DNA from: Verrucomicrobiota bacterium
GTDB lineage: Bacteria > Verrucomicrobiota > Verrucomicrobiia > Opitutales > Seribacteraceae
Assembly: GCA_027622665.1 (NCBI GenBank)
Contig: JAQBYT010000044.1
Location: forward strand, 1-31,339
Reading direction: 5' to 3'
Length of the DNA: 31,339 nt
Below the pieces are notes generated by a model. That model ran no database searches and had not been told where the DNA came from. It saw nothing but the letters and a program-made list of their open reading frames with translations. Shown in pieces: positions 19,419 through 30,700 of the stretch. Position 1 is the first letter of the stretch; each line of letters opens with the position of its first letter. The position numbers and the translations under genes are program-made.

Positions 19419-20198
19419 ATGGATGACGCTCTTTTCATTTCTGGCGAAAGATTTAATTCACGTCTTTTTGTGGGGACTGGTAAATATTCTTCAAGCGAAG
19501 TCATGCGTGCTTCATTGGAAGCTTCGCGATCGGAAATGGTTACCGTTGCACTCAAAAGGACAAATCCTTCCGCAAGTGAAGACTCTATTCTGGACTACAT
19601 TGATACCTCTCGCTTTCGTCTTCTTCCCAATACTTCAGGAGTGCGGAATGCCACGGAAGCTGTCTTTGCCGCAAAAATGGCGAGGGAGGCTCTAGGTACT
19701 AATTGGCTGAAATTAGAAATTCACCCGGATCCCAAATACCTTATGCCGGATCCCATCGAGACCTTGCGGGCGACCGAGGAATTGGTTCAGGAGGGCTTTG
19801 TTGTATTGCCGTACTGTCACGCCGATCCCGTCCTGTGCAAGCGTCTCGAGGAAGCAGGCGCAGCCGCAGTCATGCCACTAGGTTCTCCCATTGGCAGCAA
19901 TCTAGGGTTGGAATCACGAGAGTTTCTCCGCATCATAATCGAGCAGAGTTCGGTGCCCGTGGTGGTTGACGCAGGCATCGGTTCACCTTCTCAGGCCGCT
20001 GAGGCAATGGAAATGGGTGCAGACGCCGTATTGGTGAACACTGCGATGGCCGTAGCCGAAGATCCCGTAGTTATGGGAGCTGCGTTTGCCCAAGCCGTCG
20101 AAGCCGGTCGTTCTGCTCGACTGGCCGGATTGGGAGCGGTTTTGCGTAAAGCAGAAGGAACTTCTCCTTTAACCGGCTTTCTTTCTGCGAAAGGGTAG
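19419..20198 (+). CDS. thiG: Thiazole synthase
   Basis: [41 protein letters not shown]. Confidence 0.97.
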   Translation: MDDALFISGERFNSRLFVGTGKYSSSEVMRASLEASRSEMVTVALKRTNPSASEDSILDYIDTSRFRLLPNTSGVRNATEAVFAAKMAREALGTNWLKLEIHPDPKYLMPDPIETLRATEELVQEGFVVLPYCHADPVLCKRLEEAGAAAVMPLGSPIGSNLGLESREFLRIIIEQSSVPVVVDAGIGSPSQAAEAMEMGADAVLVNTAMAVAEDPVVMGAAFAQAVEAGRSARLAGLGAVLRKAEGTSPLTGFLSAKG

Positions 20199-20216
20199 GG
20201 CACCTTCGATCCGCTA

Positions 20217-21410
20217 ATGAAATCCTCGTTTAAGGACCTGTTCGAGCAAACCTCTTGGGAGGATACTTCTGTTGCGATAAGCTCGGTAACACCTTCCATG
20301 GTTGAACGCGCTTTAGACCGAAAGGGTACTGGTGGGTTGGAGGATTTCAGGGCTCTCGTTTCTTCGGCAGCGGTCGATTACTTGGAGCCGATGGCTCGCC
20401 TTAGCCATGAACTGACTAGGCAGCGGTTTGGTGACGGAGTGCGACTTTTCGCGCCCATGTACCTCTCCAATGAATGCCAAAACATTTGCGATTACTGTGG
20501 TTTCAGCCTCACTAACGCAGTTCCTCGAAAGACTCTGACTGCGAGCGAGATCATTGCCGAGGCTTCCGTTCTTAGCCAACAAGGTTTCGAGCATGTGCTG
20601 CTTGTCACGGGTGAATCTCAAAGAAAGGTACATCTTCAATACTTTCGTGATGCGCTGCGTGTTCTTCGCCCCCATTTCGCAAACTTGTCGATGGAGGTTC
20701 AGCCTCTCGAACAACACGAATACGAGTCACTCACTTCGGAGGGGTTGCATTCTGTCTTGGTTTATCAGGAAACTTATCATTCCGGAAGCTATCGAAGTCA
20801 TCATCCCAAGGGCAAGAAAAGCAATATGATTTGGCGTTTGGAGACTCCCGATCGTTTGGGTGCTGCAGGCGTAAAGAAGATTGGTCTGGGTTGCCTTTAT
20901 GGTCTCACCGAGGATTGGCGAACCGATGCCTTTTTTGCCGCTCTTCATCTTGATTATCTCGAACGTACGTATTGGCGCTCCACTTATTCTATGTCCTTCC
21001 CTCGGATGCGTCCTCACGAAGGAGAAACCCCTTCTGATGCTAACATTACTGACCGCGACGTTGTGCAACTTCTTTGTGCCTACCGTATTTTTAATCATGA
21101 GTTGGAACTTACGCTCTCGACTCGAGAGAGTCCTATGTTTCGTGACCATGCCTTCAAGCTGGGAGTCACTACAATGAGCGCCGGATCTCGTACCGAGCCC
21201 GGTGGTTATGCGAGCAAGGACGCACATGAGACTCTCGAACAATTTTCAATCTCCGATGATCGCTCTCCTGCAGAGGTCGCTCGGATGCTTGTTTCCGCCG
21301 GCTACGAGCCTGTTTGGAAGGATTGGGACGCGTCCTATGATTGCCATTCGGCAAACAATCTCCAAGCCGAGTCGACACTCGACGATCAACCTCTCGCACT
21401 AGTCGTCTGA
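20217..21410 (+). CDS. thiH: 2-iminoacetate synthase (radical SAM tyrosine lyase)
   Basis: LFAPMYLSNECQNICDYCGF (CxxxCxxC), YQETY, LSTRE, SAGSRTEPGGY, QFSISDDRS, VWKDWD. Confidence 0.95.
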   Translation: MKSSFKDLFEQTSWEDTSVAISSVTPSMVERALDRKGTGGLEDFRALVSSAAVDYLEPMARLSHELTRQRFGDGVRLFAPMYLSNECQNICDYCGFSLTNAVPRKTLTASEIIAEASVLSQQGFEHVLLVTGESQRKVHLQYFRDALRVLRPHFANLSMEVQPLEQHEYESLTSEGLHSVLVYQETYHSGSYRSHHPKGKKSNMIWRLETPDRLGAAGVKKIGLGCLYGLTEDWRTDAFFAALHLDYLERTYWRSTYSMSFPRMRPHEGETPSDANITDRDVVQLLCAYRIFNHELELTLSTRESPMFRDHAFKLGVTTMSAGSRTEPGGYASKDAHETLEQFSISDDRSPAEVARMLVSAGYEPVWKDWDASYDCHSANNLQAESTLDDQPLALVV

Positions 21411-21419
21411 GTTTGCGCT

Positions 21420-22553
21420 ATGCTAAGCCCTGAAGAACTTCGCCATTATCAACGGCACGTATCTCTTCCCGAAATGGGTGCGGAGGGGCAGGAGCGCCTG
21501 AAGGCGGGTTCCGTTCTTGTGGTAGGAGCCGGAGGTCTCGGTTGTCCGGCCCTACAGTACCTCGCCGCCGCCGGCGTAGGTCGTATCGGTATTTGTGATT
21601 TTGACCGCGTCGAGGTTTCCAACCTGCAGCGGCAAGTGCTCTTCGGTTATTCCCAACTTGATCGACCCAAGGCCGAGGCCGCGATAGACCGTCTGTCCGA
21701 CCTTAATCCTCATGTCGCCCTTCAGCCCCATGTCGAGCGCTTTTCCCCTGAAAATGCGGAACGTCTTCTTTCCGACTATGACTTGGTGCTCGACGGTACC
21801 GATAACTTTCCCACCCGCTACTTGGTGAACGACGCCTGCGTAAAGTTTGGAAAACCACTCTGCTTTGGATCCATTTTTAAATTCGAGGGCCAAGTCAGCG
21901 TCTTTAACTACAAAGGTGGTCCGACCTACCGTTGCCTGTTTCCTAAGAGCCCCAATCCCAAGGATGTTCCCAACTGCGCGGAAATCGGTGTTATGGGAGT
22001 GCTTCCGGGCATTATTGGTAGTCTTCAGGCATTGGAAGCGATTAAGATTCTTTCCGGAGTCGGCGAGGTTTTGTCCGGCAAGCTCTTGCTATTTGACGCG
22101 CTTACGATGCGAAGCAGTCTCGTGAATTTCACTCTCAATCCGGCCAATCTAAACATTGGTGAGCTAAAGGAAATCGATTTTTCCTGCGAAGTTCCCCAAG
22201 CTTCCGCCGACGATGAGATTCGGCAGGTTTTTCCTGATGAATTGCGTACTCGTCTCGCAGGTGAAGCATCTCCCCTTCTTCTCGATGTGCGAGAGCCTTG
22301 GGAGATGGAAATCTGTCGGATCGAAGGTGCCGTTTCTCTTCCCCTTAGTCATTTACGGCAACCCCCACCTGTGGACCTTCCTCCCGAATTGTCATCTGAT
22401 AAAAGAGTCGTGGTTTACTGCAAGGCAGGAGTTCGCAGTATGATGGCCTGCGACATTCTTCGTCAAAACTACGGCATCGCAAAGGTCGAAAACTTGGTCG
22501 GTGGTATAGATCTATGGTCCGCAGAAGTGGATCCGGATATGCCGCGTTATTGA
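21420..22553 (+). CDS. thiF: ThiF/MoeB family adenylyltransferase fused to a C-terminal rhodanese domain
   Basis: GAGGLG, SNLQRQ, DGTDNF, then LLDVRE...VYCKAGVRS...GGI; lies in the thi operon. Confidence 0.88.
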   Translation: MLSPEELRHYQRHVSLPEMGAEGQERLKAGSVLVVGAGGLGCPALQYLAAAGVGRIGICDFDRVEVSNLQRQVLFGYSQLDRPKAEAAIDRLSDLNPHVALQPHVERFSPENAERLLSDYDLVLDGTDNFPTRYLVNDACVKFGKPLCFGSIFKFEGQVSVFNYKGGPTYRCLFPKSPNPKDVPNCAEIGVMGVLPGIIGSLQALEAIKILSGVGEVLSGKLLLFDALTMRSSLVNFTLNPANLNIGELKEIDFSCEVPQASADDEIRQVFPDELRTRLAGEASPLLLDVREPWEMEICRIEGAVSLPLSHLRQPPPVDLPPELSSDKRVVVYCKAGVRSMMACDILRQNYGIAKVENLVGGIDLWSAEVDPDMPRY

Positions 22554-22562
22554 GATCTTTTG

Positions 22563-23318
22563 ATGCCAACCGTCCTGATTGTCTCCGGCTCCGACAGTTC
22601 CTGTGGTGCCGGGCTTTCGGCCGACTTGGAAGTAGTTCAAATCATGGGATGCCAGCCTTTGCTCGCAGTTTCCGCAATTACCGCCCAGACCGACCAGAAG
22701 TTTCTGTCCTTACAGCCGGTTGCCTCTTCTGTCTTTAAGGATCAGTTGGAAGCCGCTTGGGATCATTCGGGCGGCCATGTGTCTGCCGTGAAAATCGGGA
22801 TGTTGCCTAACGAATCCATCGTCGAAATGTTGACCGAATTCCTACAACAAAAGAATTGTCCCAACGTCGTTCTAGATCCGCTCCTTAAATCCACTTCGGG
22901 CGGAAACTTGGCGGAGGAATCAAGCGTTTCGAAAAGAAGTCGCAGCCTTTTCCCTTTGGCCACCCTTGTCACGCCGAACATACCCGAGGCTTGCAGCCTA
23001 ACGGGGCTTTCTTGCCTCTCGAAGCAGGATCTGCACGCCCTCGCCAGTGCGATTGTGGATCTTGGTGCTGCCGCCGTACTGGTTAAAGGCGGCCACCTTG
23101 AGGGTAGCGAATGCGTGGATTATTTGCTGAAAAAAGGAGAACTTCAGGGGCAACAGTTTTGCCAAGCACGGTTGCCCATACCTTCCATTCGAGGGACGGG
23201 CTGCAGGTTGGCTTCGGCCATCGCGGCAAGACTCTCTCTCGGAGACGATCTTAGGCAAGCTGTGGATAATGCGCGAAGTTACCTCTTCACTCATTTCGAG
23301 AAGCAATATAGTTCGTGA
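22563..23318 (+). CDS. thiD: Hydroxymethylpyrimidine/phosphomethylpyrimidine kinase
   Basis: SGSDSSCGAGLSAD, VKIGML, VLDP, TPNIPEA, VKGGH, RGTGC. Confidence 0.93.
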   Translation: MPTVLIVSGSDSSCGAGLSADLEVVQIMGCQPLLAVSAITAQTDQKFLSLQPVASSVFKDQLEAAWDHSGGHVSAVKIGMLPNESIVEMLTEFLQQKNCPNVVLDPLLKSTSGGNLAEESSVSKRSRSLFPLATLVTPNIPEACSLTGLSCLSKQDLHALASAIVDLGAAAVLVKGGHLEGSECVDYLLKKGELQGQQFCQARLPIPSIRGTGCRLASAIAARLSLGDDLRQAVDNARSYLFTHFEKQYSS

Positions 23319-23973
23319 ATGCAGCCGCCGATATGACGGGAGCAACAAAGTTCAGAACTGGAACAAGAAAAAGAGCGGCAGTAGCGGTACCGAATATAGT
23401 TCGCTTTAGAGGGGCTAGGCGGTCTTCCGTCTGGAAACGAACGGCGATGATATCCTCGTATTCCTTTCCGAATAGATAACCGTTGGCGATCAACTGGACG
23501 ATCAGACCAAGTGGTGGAAGAAACCATCCGATCAAAACGATGGGAAGGATGAGAGCGTTCAATGAAAGCGAAAGGCCAAGGAATCGGGTAGACGCCCAGC
23601 TTGACTTGGATAAGGAGGGGGGCGGCTCTAGTTGAATGGTAGGGTGGTTTTTATCTCGGGTAGCCGTAACGACATCGTCAAGAAAAAGCCCTAGAAAAGC
23701 AGTCTGAACCGAACCAAAGGCAAAGAAAAGTACGACTAACATTATGAGAATTCCGAGAACCCTAAGGCTCCATTCAATGGTGTCCATCCACCAACTGTCG
23801 CCACCCTCCAGCCATGAGAGTAAAGCTTGGTTTAACCATTCGAACCCGAGGTATCCTAAGGGAAGAGCAATCAATGCGACAACCAGTGACAATCCAAGAG
23901 AATAGAGCAGTGGTTTGATGAAACGGGAGTCGTTCAACTGTCCGAATGCCATGATGAAACTGGCTAGCATCAC
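23287..23973 (-). CDS. EI24/CysZ-like membrane protein
   Basis: Hydrophobic segments with LFLDDVV, NGYLFGKEY, LVPVLNFVAPV pattern. The 3' end overlaps thiD convergently by 32 bp. Confidence 0.75.
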   Translation of the reverse strand: MMLASFIMAFGQLNDSRFIKPLLYSLGLSLVVALIALPLGYLGFEWLNQALLSWLEGGDSWWMDTIEWSLRVLGILIMLVVLFFAFGSVQTAFLGLFLDDVVTATRDKNHPTIQLEPPPSLSKSSWASTRFLGLSLSLNALILPIVLIGWFLPPLGLIVQLIANGYLFGKEYEDIIAVRFQTEDRLAPLKRTIFGTATAALFLVPVLNFVAPVISAAAFTNYIASRNE

Positions 23974-24113
23974 TCTACAACAATCCTTGGAATTGCTCCT
24001 GGCAAGAGGGTTTTTCGAGAATTATTCTGAAAAACTCTTTTTCTCGTGGACAAGTGCAACGATCCTCTCCATAGAATTTTACCCCGTGGAAGGTCTTGTG
24101 ACCAGTGGTGGAA

Positions 24114-26030
24114 ATGGTTGATCATAATTACACGGCGGACAGCGTTCAATCGCTTGATTGGAAGGATCATATCCGGATGCGCCCTGGTATGTACATCGGG
24201 AAACTTGGAGATGGTTCGTCCGACGACGATGGCATTTACGTATTGCTCAAGGAAGTGCTCGATAATTCCGTCGACGAGTATGTCATGGGTTTTGGCAAGA
24301 CGATCGATGTCGAGTGTGACGGCCAAACGGTGATCGTGCGGGATTACGGACGCGGTGTCCCGCTCGAAAAATTGATGGTTTGTGCTTCCAAGATTAACAC
24401 GGGCGCCAAATACGATTCCAAGGCTTTTAAGAAATCCGTTGGATTGAATGGCGTTGGAATCAAGGCCGTGAACGCTCTTTCTTCGAGTTTTGATATCCAA
24501 TCCTTTCGAGAAGGTGATACTCGCAGGATAGAATTCGTTCGTGGTGACACTACCTCTGAGGATCGTAAGAACAAAAAGACGAAGGAGGGAAATGGGACTA
24601 GCATATGTTTCACTCCCGATGGAGACTTGTTCAAGAAATACCGGTTCCGTAACCAGTACGCGGAACGCATGATGCGTTATTATTCCTACTTGAACAAGGG
24701 GCTTACACTCAAGTACAACGGAACGCGGTTTCGTTCGAAGGATGGACTGAAGGACTTGCTCCAGGAAAACCTGTCCGAAGAGCCTCTTTATCCCATCATT
24801 CATTTGGAAGGGGAAGATATCGAGGTCGCTTTCACGCACTTGGATCAATACGGAGAAGACTATTTTTCCTTTGTCAACGGTCAGCATACTACCCAAGGGG
24901 GAACCCATCAGGCGGCTTTTCGGGAGGTTATAGTTAAGACTGTTCGAGAGTTTACCAAGAAAAATCACGAAGCTGGAGATATTCGAGGTGGAATCGTTGC
25001 CGCCGTCAGCATAAAGGTGGAGGAACCAATCTTCGAGTCGCAGACGAAAACGAAACTTGGATCTCTAACCGTTGCTCCCGAAGGAGAGAGCGTTCGGCTC
25101 TTCATCGGTAATTTCCTCAAGCAGAAGCTTGACAACTACCTACACAAGAATCCCGAGACTGCGGAGGCTCTTCTTGAAAAAATCAACCGGAGTGAGCACG
25201 AGAGAAAGGAACTCAAGGGGATTCAGAAGCTAGCCCGCGAACGTTCCAAGAAGAGCAAGGTTCACAACCGCAAGTTACGAGATTGCCGAAGCCATTTAAA
25301 TACCAAGGATAAGAAACGCTTTGATTCGACTCTCTTCATCACTGAGGGCGATTCCGCCAGCGGTTCTATCACCAAGGCTCGTGACGTTACGACACAGGCA
25401 GTATTCAGTTTGAAGGGAAAACCCCTGAATTCATTCGGACTCACCAGAAAGGTGGTCTACGAGAATGAGGAGTTCAATCTCGTCCAAGCTGCTCTAGGTA
25501 TCGAGGAGGATCTCGAGAACCTTCGCTACAACAAAGTGGTGATCGCCACTGACGCGGATGTTGACGGCATGCACATAAGGTTGCTTCTTATAACTTTCTT
25601 TCTTCAATTCTTCCCCGAATTAATCCGCGAGGGACACTTGTTCGTTCTCCAGACGCCGCTCTTTCGGGTGCGGAACAAGAAAACCACCCTTTACTGTTAC
25701 GACGAGGTCGAGCGCGAGGTGGCGATGAAACAATTGGGGCGGAATCCCGAAATCACTCGATTCAAGGGACTAGGCGAAATTTCACCAGACGAATTCAAGC
25801 ATTTCATTGCCGAAGACATTAGGTTGGATCCCGTCCGCCTTGACGCCAACGAGTCAATAAAAGAAATGCTCAAGTTCTTTATGGGAAAAAATACTCCCGA
25901 ACGCCAACAATACATCATCCGAAATCTTCGTTTCGAGCACGATATCTTAGAAGAGGATAAGAAGATTGATGCGGCACATTTGCCCGATTCGGTGGATGAT
26001 GCCGATGTTTCAGCCAGTCAGGCGGCTTAG
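24114..26030 (+). CDS. parE: Type IIA topoisomerase B subunit, topoisomerase IV type
   Basis: [56 protein letters not shown]; short form. ATG at 24114. Confidence 0.88.
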   Translation: MVDHNYTADSVQSLDWKDHIRMRPGMYIGKLGDGSSDDDGIYVLLKEVLDNSVDEYVMGFGKTIDVECDGQTVIVRDYGRGVPLEKLMVCASKINTGAKYDSKAFKKSVGLNGVGIKAVNALSSSFDIQSFREGDTRRIEFVRGDTTSEDRKNKKTKEGNGTSICFTPDGDLFKKYRFRNQYAERMMRYYSYLNKGLTLKYNGTRFRSKDGLKDLLQENLSEEPLYPIIHLEGEDIEVAFTHLDQYGEDYFSFVNGQHTTQGGTHQAAFREVIVKTVREFTKKNHEAGDIRGGIVAAVSIKVEEPIFESQTKTKLGSLTVAPEGESVRLFIGNFLKQKLDNYLHKNPETAEALLEKINRSEHERKELKGIQKLARERSKKSKVHNRKLRDCRSHLNTKDKKRFDSTLFITEGDSASGSITKARDVTTQAVFSLKGKPLNSFGLTRKVVYENEEFNLVQAALGIEEDLENLRYNKVVIATDADVDGMHIRLLLITFFLQFFPELIREGHLFVLQTPLFRVRNKKTTLYCYDEVEREVAMKQLGRNPEITRFKGLGEISPDEFKHFIAEDIRLDPVRLDANESIKEMLKFFMGKNTPERQQYIIRNLRFEHDILEEDKKIDAAHLPDSVDDADVSASQAA

Positions 26031-26071
26031 CATGTTATCTTTGTTACCGCGGTTCAGCAGTATTTGATTTC

Positions 26072-28489
26072 ATGTCGAATCAAGACGAGGAAGGCAATCA
26101 GAAGGAAGATCCGAAGACGGAGGATTCTTCTGTCGAGGAGACTGTCGACGGTGGCTCCGAAGCAGATCCAACTGCCTCCGGGGAAGAAGGTGAGGAGGCA
26201 TCCGAAAAAGAATCGGTCGAATTGACTGTTCAAGACGGTGGTAAGTTCGACCCCGAAGCTCTGCTTAACGGCAATGGTTCTAATGGAAACGGTCGTGGCG
26301 ACGACGGTATTTACGTTGATGACATGTATGGCGATTGGTTTCTCGACTACGCTTCCTATGTTATTCTCGAACGTGCCGTACCACATGCTGACGATGGGTT
26401 GAAACCCGTTCAACGTCGTATTCTTCACTCCATGCGGGAAATGGAGGACGGACGCTACAACAAGGTGGCCAATGTTATTGGCAACACCATGAAGTATCAT
26501 CCACACGGCGACGCTTCCATTGGCGACGCCATGGTGCAAATCGGGCAAAAGGAACTCCTTATCGATACGCAGGGCAACTGGGGTAATGTTCTGACGGGGG
26601 ATTCCGCGGCCGCTTCCCGTTACATAGAGGCCCGACTGACTCCTTTTGCTCTAGAGGTTATATTTAGCCCCAAGGTTACTGAATGGGCTTCTTCCTATGA
26701 TGGGCGAAACCGGGAGCCGGTTACTTTTCCCGTTAAGTTCCCGCTACTTCTGGCTCAAGGAGCCGAAGGGATCGCCGTTGGACTCTCCACTAAAATCCTT
26801 CCTCACAACTTCAATGAGATTCTCGATGCTCTGATAGAGGTTCTTCGCAAGAACCCCATATCCATTTTACCTGACTTTGCTCAAGGCGGAATCGCGGATT
26901 GTACGGATTATAATGGAGGCGCCAGAGGGGGCAGACTTCGAGTGAGAGCTTGCTTTGAAATAGTCAAAAAACACCTCCTGAAAATTACCGAGATTCCCTT
27001 CGGTACAACGACTACCAGCTTGATTGACTCCATCCTTTCCGCCAACGATAAGGGAAAGATAAAAGTGTCCAAGGTCGAAGACAACACCGCGGATGTCGTG
27101 GAGATTCTGGTTTATCTCCCTTCCACCGTCAGTGCGGAGGAAGCTTTGCCTGCGCTTTATGCTTTTACCGATTGCGAAGTCAGCATTGCTCCCAATGCCT
27201 GCGTCATTCACGACAATCATCCCCAATTCCTCTCCGTAAACGAGTTGTTGGTTACTGCCGCCGAACGGGCTCGAGATCTCTTGCGTCAAGAACTCGAGAT
27301 CCGATTGTCCGAACTTCAGGAAAAGTGGCACTTCGCGTCTCTGGAGAAAATATTCATCGAAAAGCGCATTTACCGGGACATTGAGAAGGAAGAAACATGG
27401 GAAGGCGTCCTTTCCGCCGTAGACAAGGGTCTGAAGCCTTACAAGAAACTCTTTCATCGAGAGATTACTCAGGATGACATCGTTCGTCTCCTCGAAATTC
27501 GCATCAAGCGTATCTCCAAGTATGATGCGTTTAGGGCAGACGAACAAATCAAGGCCTTTGAAGACGACATCGAGGAAGTTGAAAAGAGTCTCTCCCAACT
27601 CACCAAATACGCCATTCGATACTTCAGGGAACTGAAGACGAAATACGGAAAAGGGCGGGAACGGCGTACGGAAATTTCTCGGGGAGAAGATGGAAAACTT
27701 GTCGCTTTTGATCGTATCGTCGCTTCCAATGTAGTGGTTGCCAACGAGACTCTCTACTTAAATCGAAAGGATGGATTCGCCGGTTACAGTCTCAAGAAGG
27801 ACGAAGCTATTGAGAAATGCTCGACCATGGATGACGTTGTCGTTATTGGCAAGGACGGCGTTATGAAAGTGATGAAGATCGCGGACAAAATGTTTGTCGA
27901 CAAATCGCCCTTGCGTGTCGCCATTTTCCGAAGAGGTGAAAAGACCACCTACAATATGGCCTATAGAGATGGTGCCAGCGGTCGACTTTACGCAAAGAAG
28001 TTTGAGATCGGTGGAGTGACTAGGGACAAAGAGTACAATTTGTTCAAACTGCACTCAAGGTCACGAGTTTTCTTTTTTGCCGTTCATAAAACCCCTGATC
28101 TCGACAGCAAGATATTAGTCCATCTGGACCCGACTTTGAAACGGATAAAAGAGATGACGATCGAGTTCGACTTCAGTTGGCTCGAGCTTCAAGGACGTTC
28201 GGTAAAAGGATCTACTCTTACCTCTCACAAGGTCGATCGTGTTGTCAATGCGCCGAAATCGGATGATGCCGAAGAGGAGTCTGCAGCTTCCAACAAAGTT
28301 GCCGACGGCAATGTCTCTCCGAAGTCCAATGAAAAACCTGCTGAGGAAGTTGAGTCGATGCGCGAAAGCAAACCCGCCGGTTCTTCGCCCGTCAACCGGT
28401 TGCCTGAGGCAAAGGATATAGAGGAACCCGAAAGACAAGGCAGTCCGAACAAGTTCGAATCGGATGGGCAAGCTACACTCGACATCTAG
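26072..28489 (+). CDS. parC: Type IIA topoisomerase A subunit, topoisomerase IV type
   Basis: DGLKPVQRR, YHPHGD, catalytic AASRYIEARL; divergent CTD without an evident QxRGGKG GyrA-box; follows parE. Confidence 0.85.
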   Translation: MSNQDEEGNQKEDPKTEDSSVEETVDGGSEADPTASGEEGEEASEKESVELTVQDGGKFDPEALLNGNGSNGNGRGDDGIYVDDMYGDWFLDYASYVILERAVPHADDGLKPVQRRILHSMREMEDGRYNKVANVIGNTMKYHPHGDASIGDAMVQIGQKELLIDTQGNWGNVLTGDSAAASRYIEARLTPFALEVIFSPKVTEWASSYDGRNREPVTFPVKFPLLLAQGAEGIAVGLSTKILPHNFNEILDALIEVLRKNPISILPDFAQGGIADCTDYNGGARGGRLRVRACFEIVKKHLLKITEIPFGTTTTSLIDSILSANDKGKIKVSKVEDNTADVVEILVYLPSTVSAEEALPALYAFTDCEVSIAPNACVIHDNHPQFLSVNELLVTAAERARDLLRQELEIRLSELQEKWHFASLEKIFIEKRIYRDIEKEETWEGVLSAVDKGLKPYKKLFHREITQDDIVRLLEIRIKRISKYDAFRADEQIKAFEDDIEEVEKSLSQLTKYAIRYFRELKTKYGKGRERRTEISRGEDGKLVAFDRIVASNVVVANETLYLNRKDGFAGYSLKKDEAIEKCSTMDDVVVIGKDGVMKVMKIADKMFVDKSPLRVAIFRRGEKTTYNMAYRDGASGRLYAKKFEIGGVTRDKEYNLFKLHSRSRVFFFAVHKTPDLDSKILVHLDPTLKRIKEMTIEFDFSWLELQGRSVKGSTLTSHKVDRVVNAPKSDDAEEESAASNKVADGNVSPKSNEKPAEEVESMRESKPAGSSPVNRLPEAKDIEEPERQGSPNKFESDGQATLDI

Positions 28490-28528
28490 CCTCTCGGCTT
28501 TCTCTCGATCTTAATCGTCATACTGCTC

Positions 28529-29197
28529 GTGAGTCTTTCTTCCGAGGAAATCTACCGTAAACTGTTGCATGGCTTTGCATTGATTTTGCCGGCTGCCATT
28601 TTTTATGGGCCGGATATGCTTGGGTTACGCCCGCATCCCATAGACCAGACAATCATTTCTTTATACCTCGGAGTTGTGCTGGTTTTCTCTCTTTCCATAG
28701 AAGCCCTGCGCTTACGAAAATCTTCGTTTAGTAGGATTTTCAATCTTTGCTTCGGTTCCATGCTTCGTTCGGAGGAAGCGAAGCAATTGACGGGAGCTAC
28801 TTACATCTTTGCCGGTTCATTCTTCTGTAGCCTTATGGCAATAAATGGAAGGGTTGCCGCGGCATCCGCGTTTCTAGCTCTCACTCTGTTCATTCTTGGA
28901 GATGCGGCAGCGGCTCTTGTGGGAAAGTCTTTAGGTCGTACGCGTATTGGTGGTAAGACTCTTGAGGGTGCACTAGGATGTTTTACCTTGTGTTTTCTTC
29001 TCTCGTTCGGAGTGTTCCCTATTTTGCCTGATTTCACTTCGGTATGGGGTGAAATCTTCTGGACTGATGCCTTTTTCCTTTCTGCTATGGTCGCGATTCT
29101 CGAGCTTTTTCCAGTTCGAGTCGGAAAAACCATCCTGAACGACAATCTTTATGTCCCCGCAATTACTACCCTTGCCGCTATCGTGATGGGAGGTTGA
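28529..29197 (+). CDS. Dolichol/phytol kinase-like membrane protein (CTP-dependent polyprenol kinase family)
   Basis: EIYRKLLH, TGATY, GDAAAALVGK..G, KTLEG, NDNL motifs. Confidence 0.85.
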   Translation: MSLSSEEIYRKLLHGFALILPAAIFYGPDMLGLRPHPIDQTIISLYLGVVLVFSLSIEALRLRKSSFSRIFNLCFGSMLRSEEAKQLTGATYIFAGSFFCSLMAINGRVAAASAFLALTLFILGDAAAALVGKSLGRTRIGGKTLEGALGCFTLCFLLSFGVFPILPDFTSVWGEIFWTDAFFLSAMVAILELFPVRVGKTILNDNLYVPAITTLAAIVMGG

Positions 29198-29234
29198 TTC
29201 TTCGCTAGGAACGCTAAGTGCTAGGTATTATTTT

Positions 29235-30233
29235 ATGGATCCGTTAGCGCAAGGACTTGCAGGAGCCGCTTTGGCATCGATCTGTATCCGAAAACAGGAG
29301 AACACTCGTCTTGCACTTGGCGTTGGTTTCTTGGCAGGACTTGCTGCCGACTTAGATATTTTTATCCGCTCGAGCGAAGATCCTCTCCTTCATCTTGAGT
29401 TTCATCGTCAATTTACGCATTCGCTTTTGTTCATTCCTTTGGGCGGACTTCTGGTTGCCTTATTCCTGTGGCCATTTCTTAGGCGCAAGGGCACCTTTTT
29501 CAATATCTGGACGTTTTCCACATTAGGGTACGGGACACACGGTTTGATCGATGCATGCACCAGTTATGGCACTTACCTTTTTTGGCCCTTCTCTTACACT
29601 CGTGTAGCATGGAACAACGTTTCCATTATCGACCCCGTCTTTAGCCTCGGTGTTCTCCTTTTTCTTTCCCTCGCTTTTTTTCGACGAAAACCTCGATTGG
29701 CTCATTACGGTTTTGCCTTTGGCATCGTTTGGTTGCTTTTTGGGGTGATCCAACGGGAACGAGCCGGAAGCGTTGCTCGCGGTGTGGCAGAGGGTAGGGG
29801 GCATGAAGTCGAACGACTTGTCGTAAAGCCAACCATATTCAACAACCTACTTTGGCGTTCAACCTATTTGTCCGCCGAACGCATTTACGCCGATGCGATT
29901 CGCCTGCACCTTTTCTCCGAGCCGACCATCCACCAAGGCGGTTCCGTTCCTTTACTCGATTTCGACACACTTGCCTCAGTCTACGGTACGGATTCTCGCG
30001 CCTACAGAGATACTCTACGTTTTACTCATTTTTCCGACGGTTTTGTCGCCCGAAAACCCAGCGACCCCAACGTCATCGGCGACTTTCGCTACTCCCTCCT
30101 TCCAAATACGTTGGATCCGGTTTGGGGAATCCGAATCGATCCCGCCCACCCGAACGGGGGTACGTCGTTTGAAAATTTCCGCCAAGTCGACTCGGCTACA
30201 TGGAATGCTTTTCTAGAGATGCTTTTGGATTAA
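29235..30233 (+). CDS. YdjM-family membrane-bound metal-dependent hydrolase
   Basis: MDPLAQ, DLD, HRQFTHS, HGLIDACTSYGT, SIIDP motifs. Confidence 0.88.
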   Translation: MDPLAQGLAGAALASICIRKQENTRLALGVGFLAGLAADLDIFIRSSEDPLLHLEFHRQFTHSLLFIPLGGLLVALFLWPFLRRKGTFFNIWTFSTLGYGTHGLIDACTSYGTYLFWPFSYTRVAWNNVSIIDPVFSLGVLLFLSLAFFRRKPRLAHYGFAFGIVWLLFGVIQRERAGSVARGVAEGRGHEVERLVVKPTIFNNLLWRSTYLSAERIYADAIRLHLFSEPTIHQGGSVPLLDFDTLASVYGTDSRAYRDTLRFTHFSDGFVARKPSDPNVIGDFRYSLLPNTLDPVWGIRIDPAHPNGGTSFENFRQVDSATWNAFLEMLLD

Positions 30234-30251
30234 ACAGTGGAGCTGTCCTAG

Positions 30252-30695
30252 CTAAGACTACTATTAAAGAACCCTACCCTTAAACCAAAGGCTGAAAATT
30301 CTGGAAAAGGTGGCGGGAAGCCAAAATCAGAAAAAGAATCGGCCCCTCGCCTGAACCATAAGTTTTTCGTTGGTATTCTCGACACTTTCGGGGAAGAGCA
30401 TCCGGAATGCCTCACCGAGCCCGTACAAGCGGTCTGGTCAGAATTTGTAACCCACCGCCAGGGGTTGGGATACGAAATGAAAGTTCGGGGCCAAGACGAT
30501 CGCCTTGGGGGCGTCCTCAAGAAACTGCACAAGCTTTGTAGCGTGAGAAACGAGTCCGCTCCCCATGCCGCCGAATTGCTTCGAGTGGCTACGGAAATGA
30601 GGTGGATGACTGTATTTGAGGCCAAGTCGGAGGAAACGGCCGATTCCGTGGAGGAAAAGTATAGGGCCGACGTGGCTCGGAATTTCGGTTGGTGA
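30252..30695 (+). pseudogene. 5'-truncated phage replication initiator / replisome organizer-like C-terminal fragment
   Basis: Frame open for 147 codons after TAG 30249-30251 with no start at its 5' end. K/E-rich linker, then WSEFVTHR...ATEMRWMTVFE, resembling C-terminal domains of phage replication proteins. Confidence 0.5.
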
Positions 30696-30700
30696 AGGAT

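Noticed and set aside
24114..28489. Calling the topoisomerase pair gyrB-gyrA
   Set aside because: No clear GyrA-box, a divergent CTD and a short B subunit fit the topoisomerase IV-like clade better, though phylogeny is needed to confirm.
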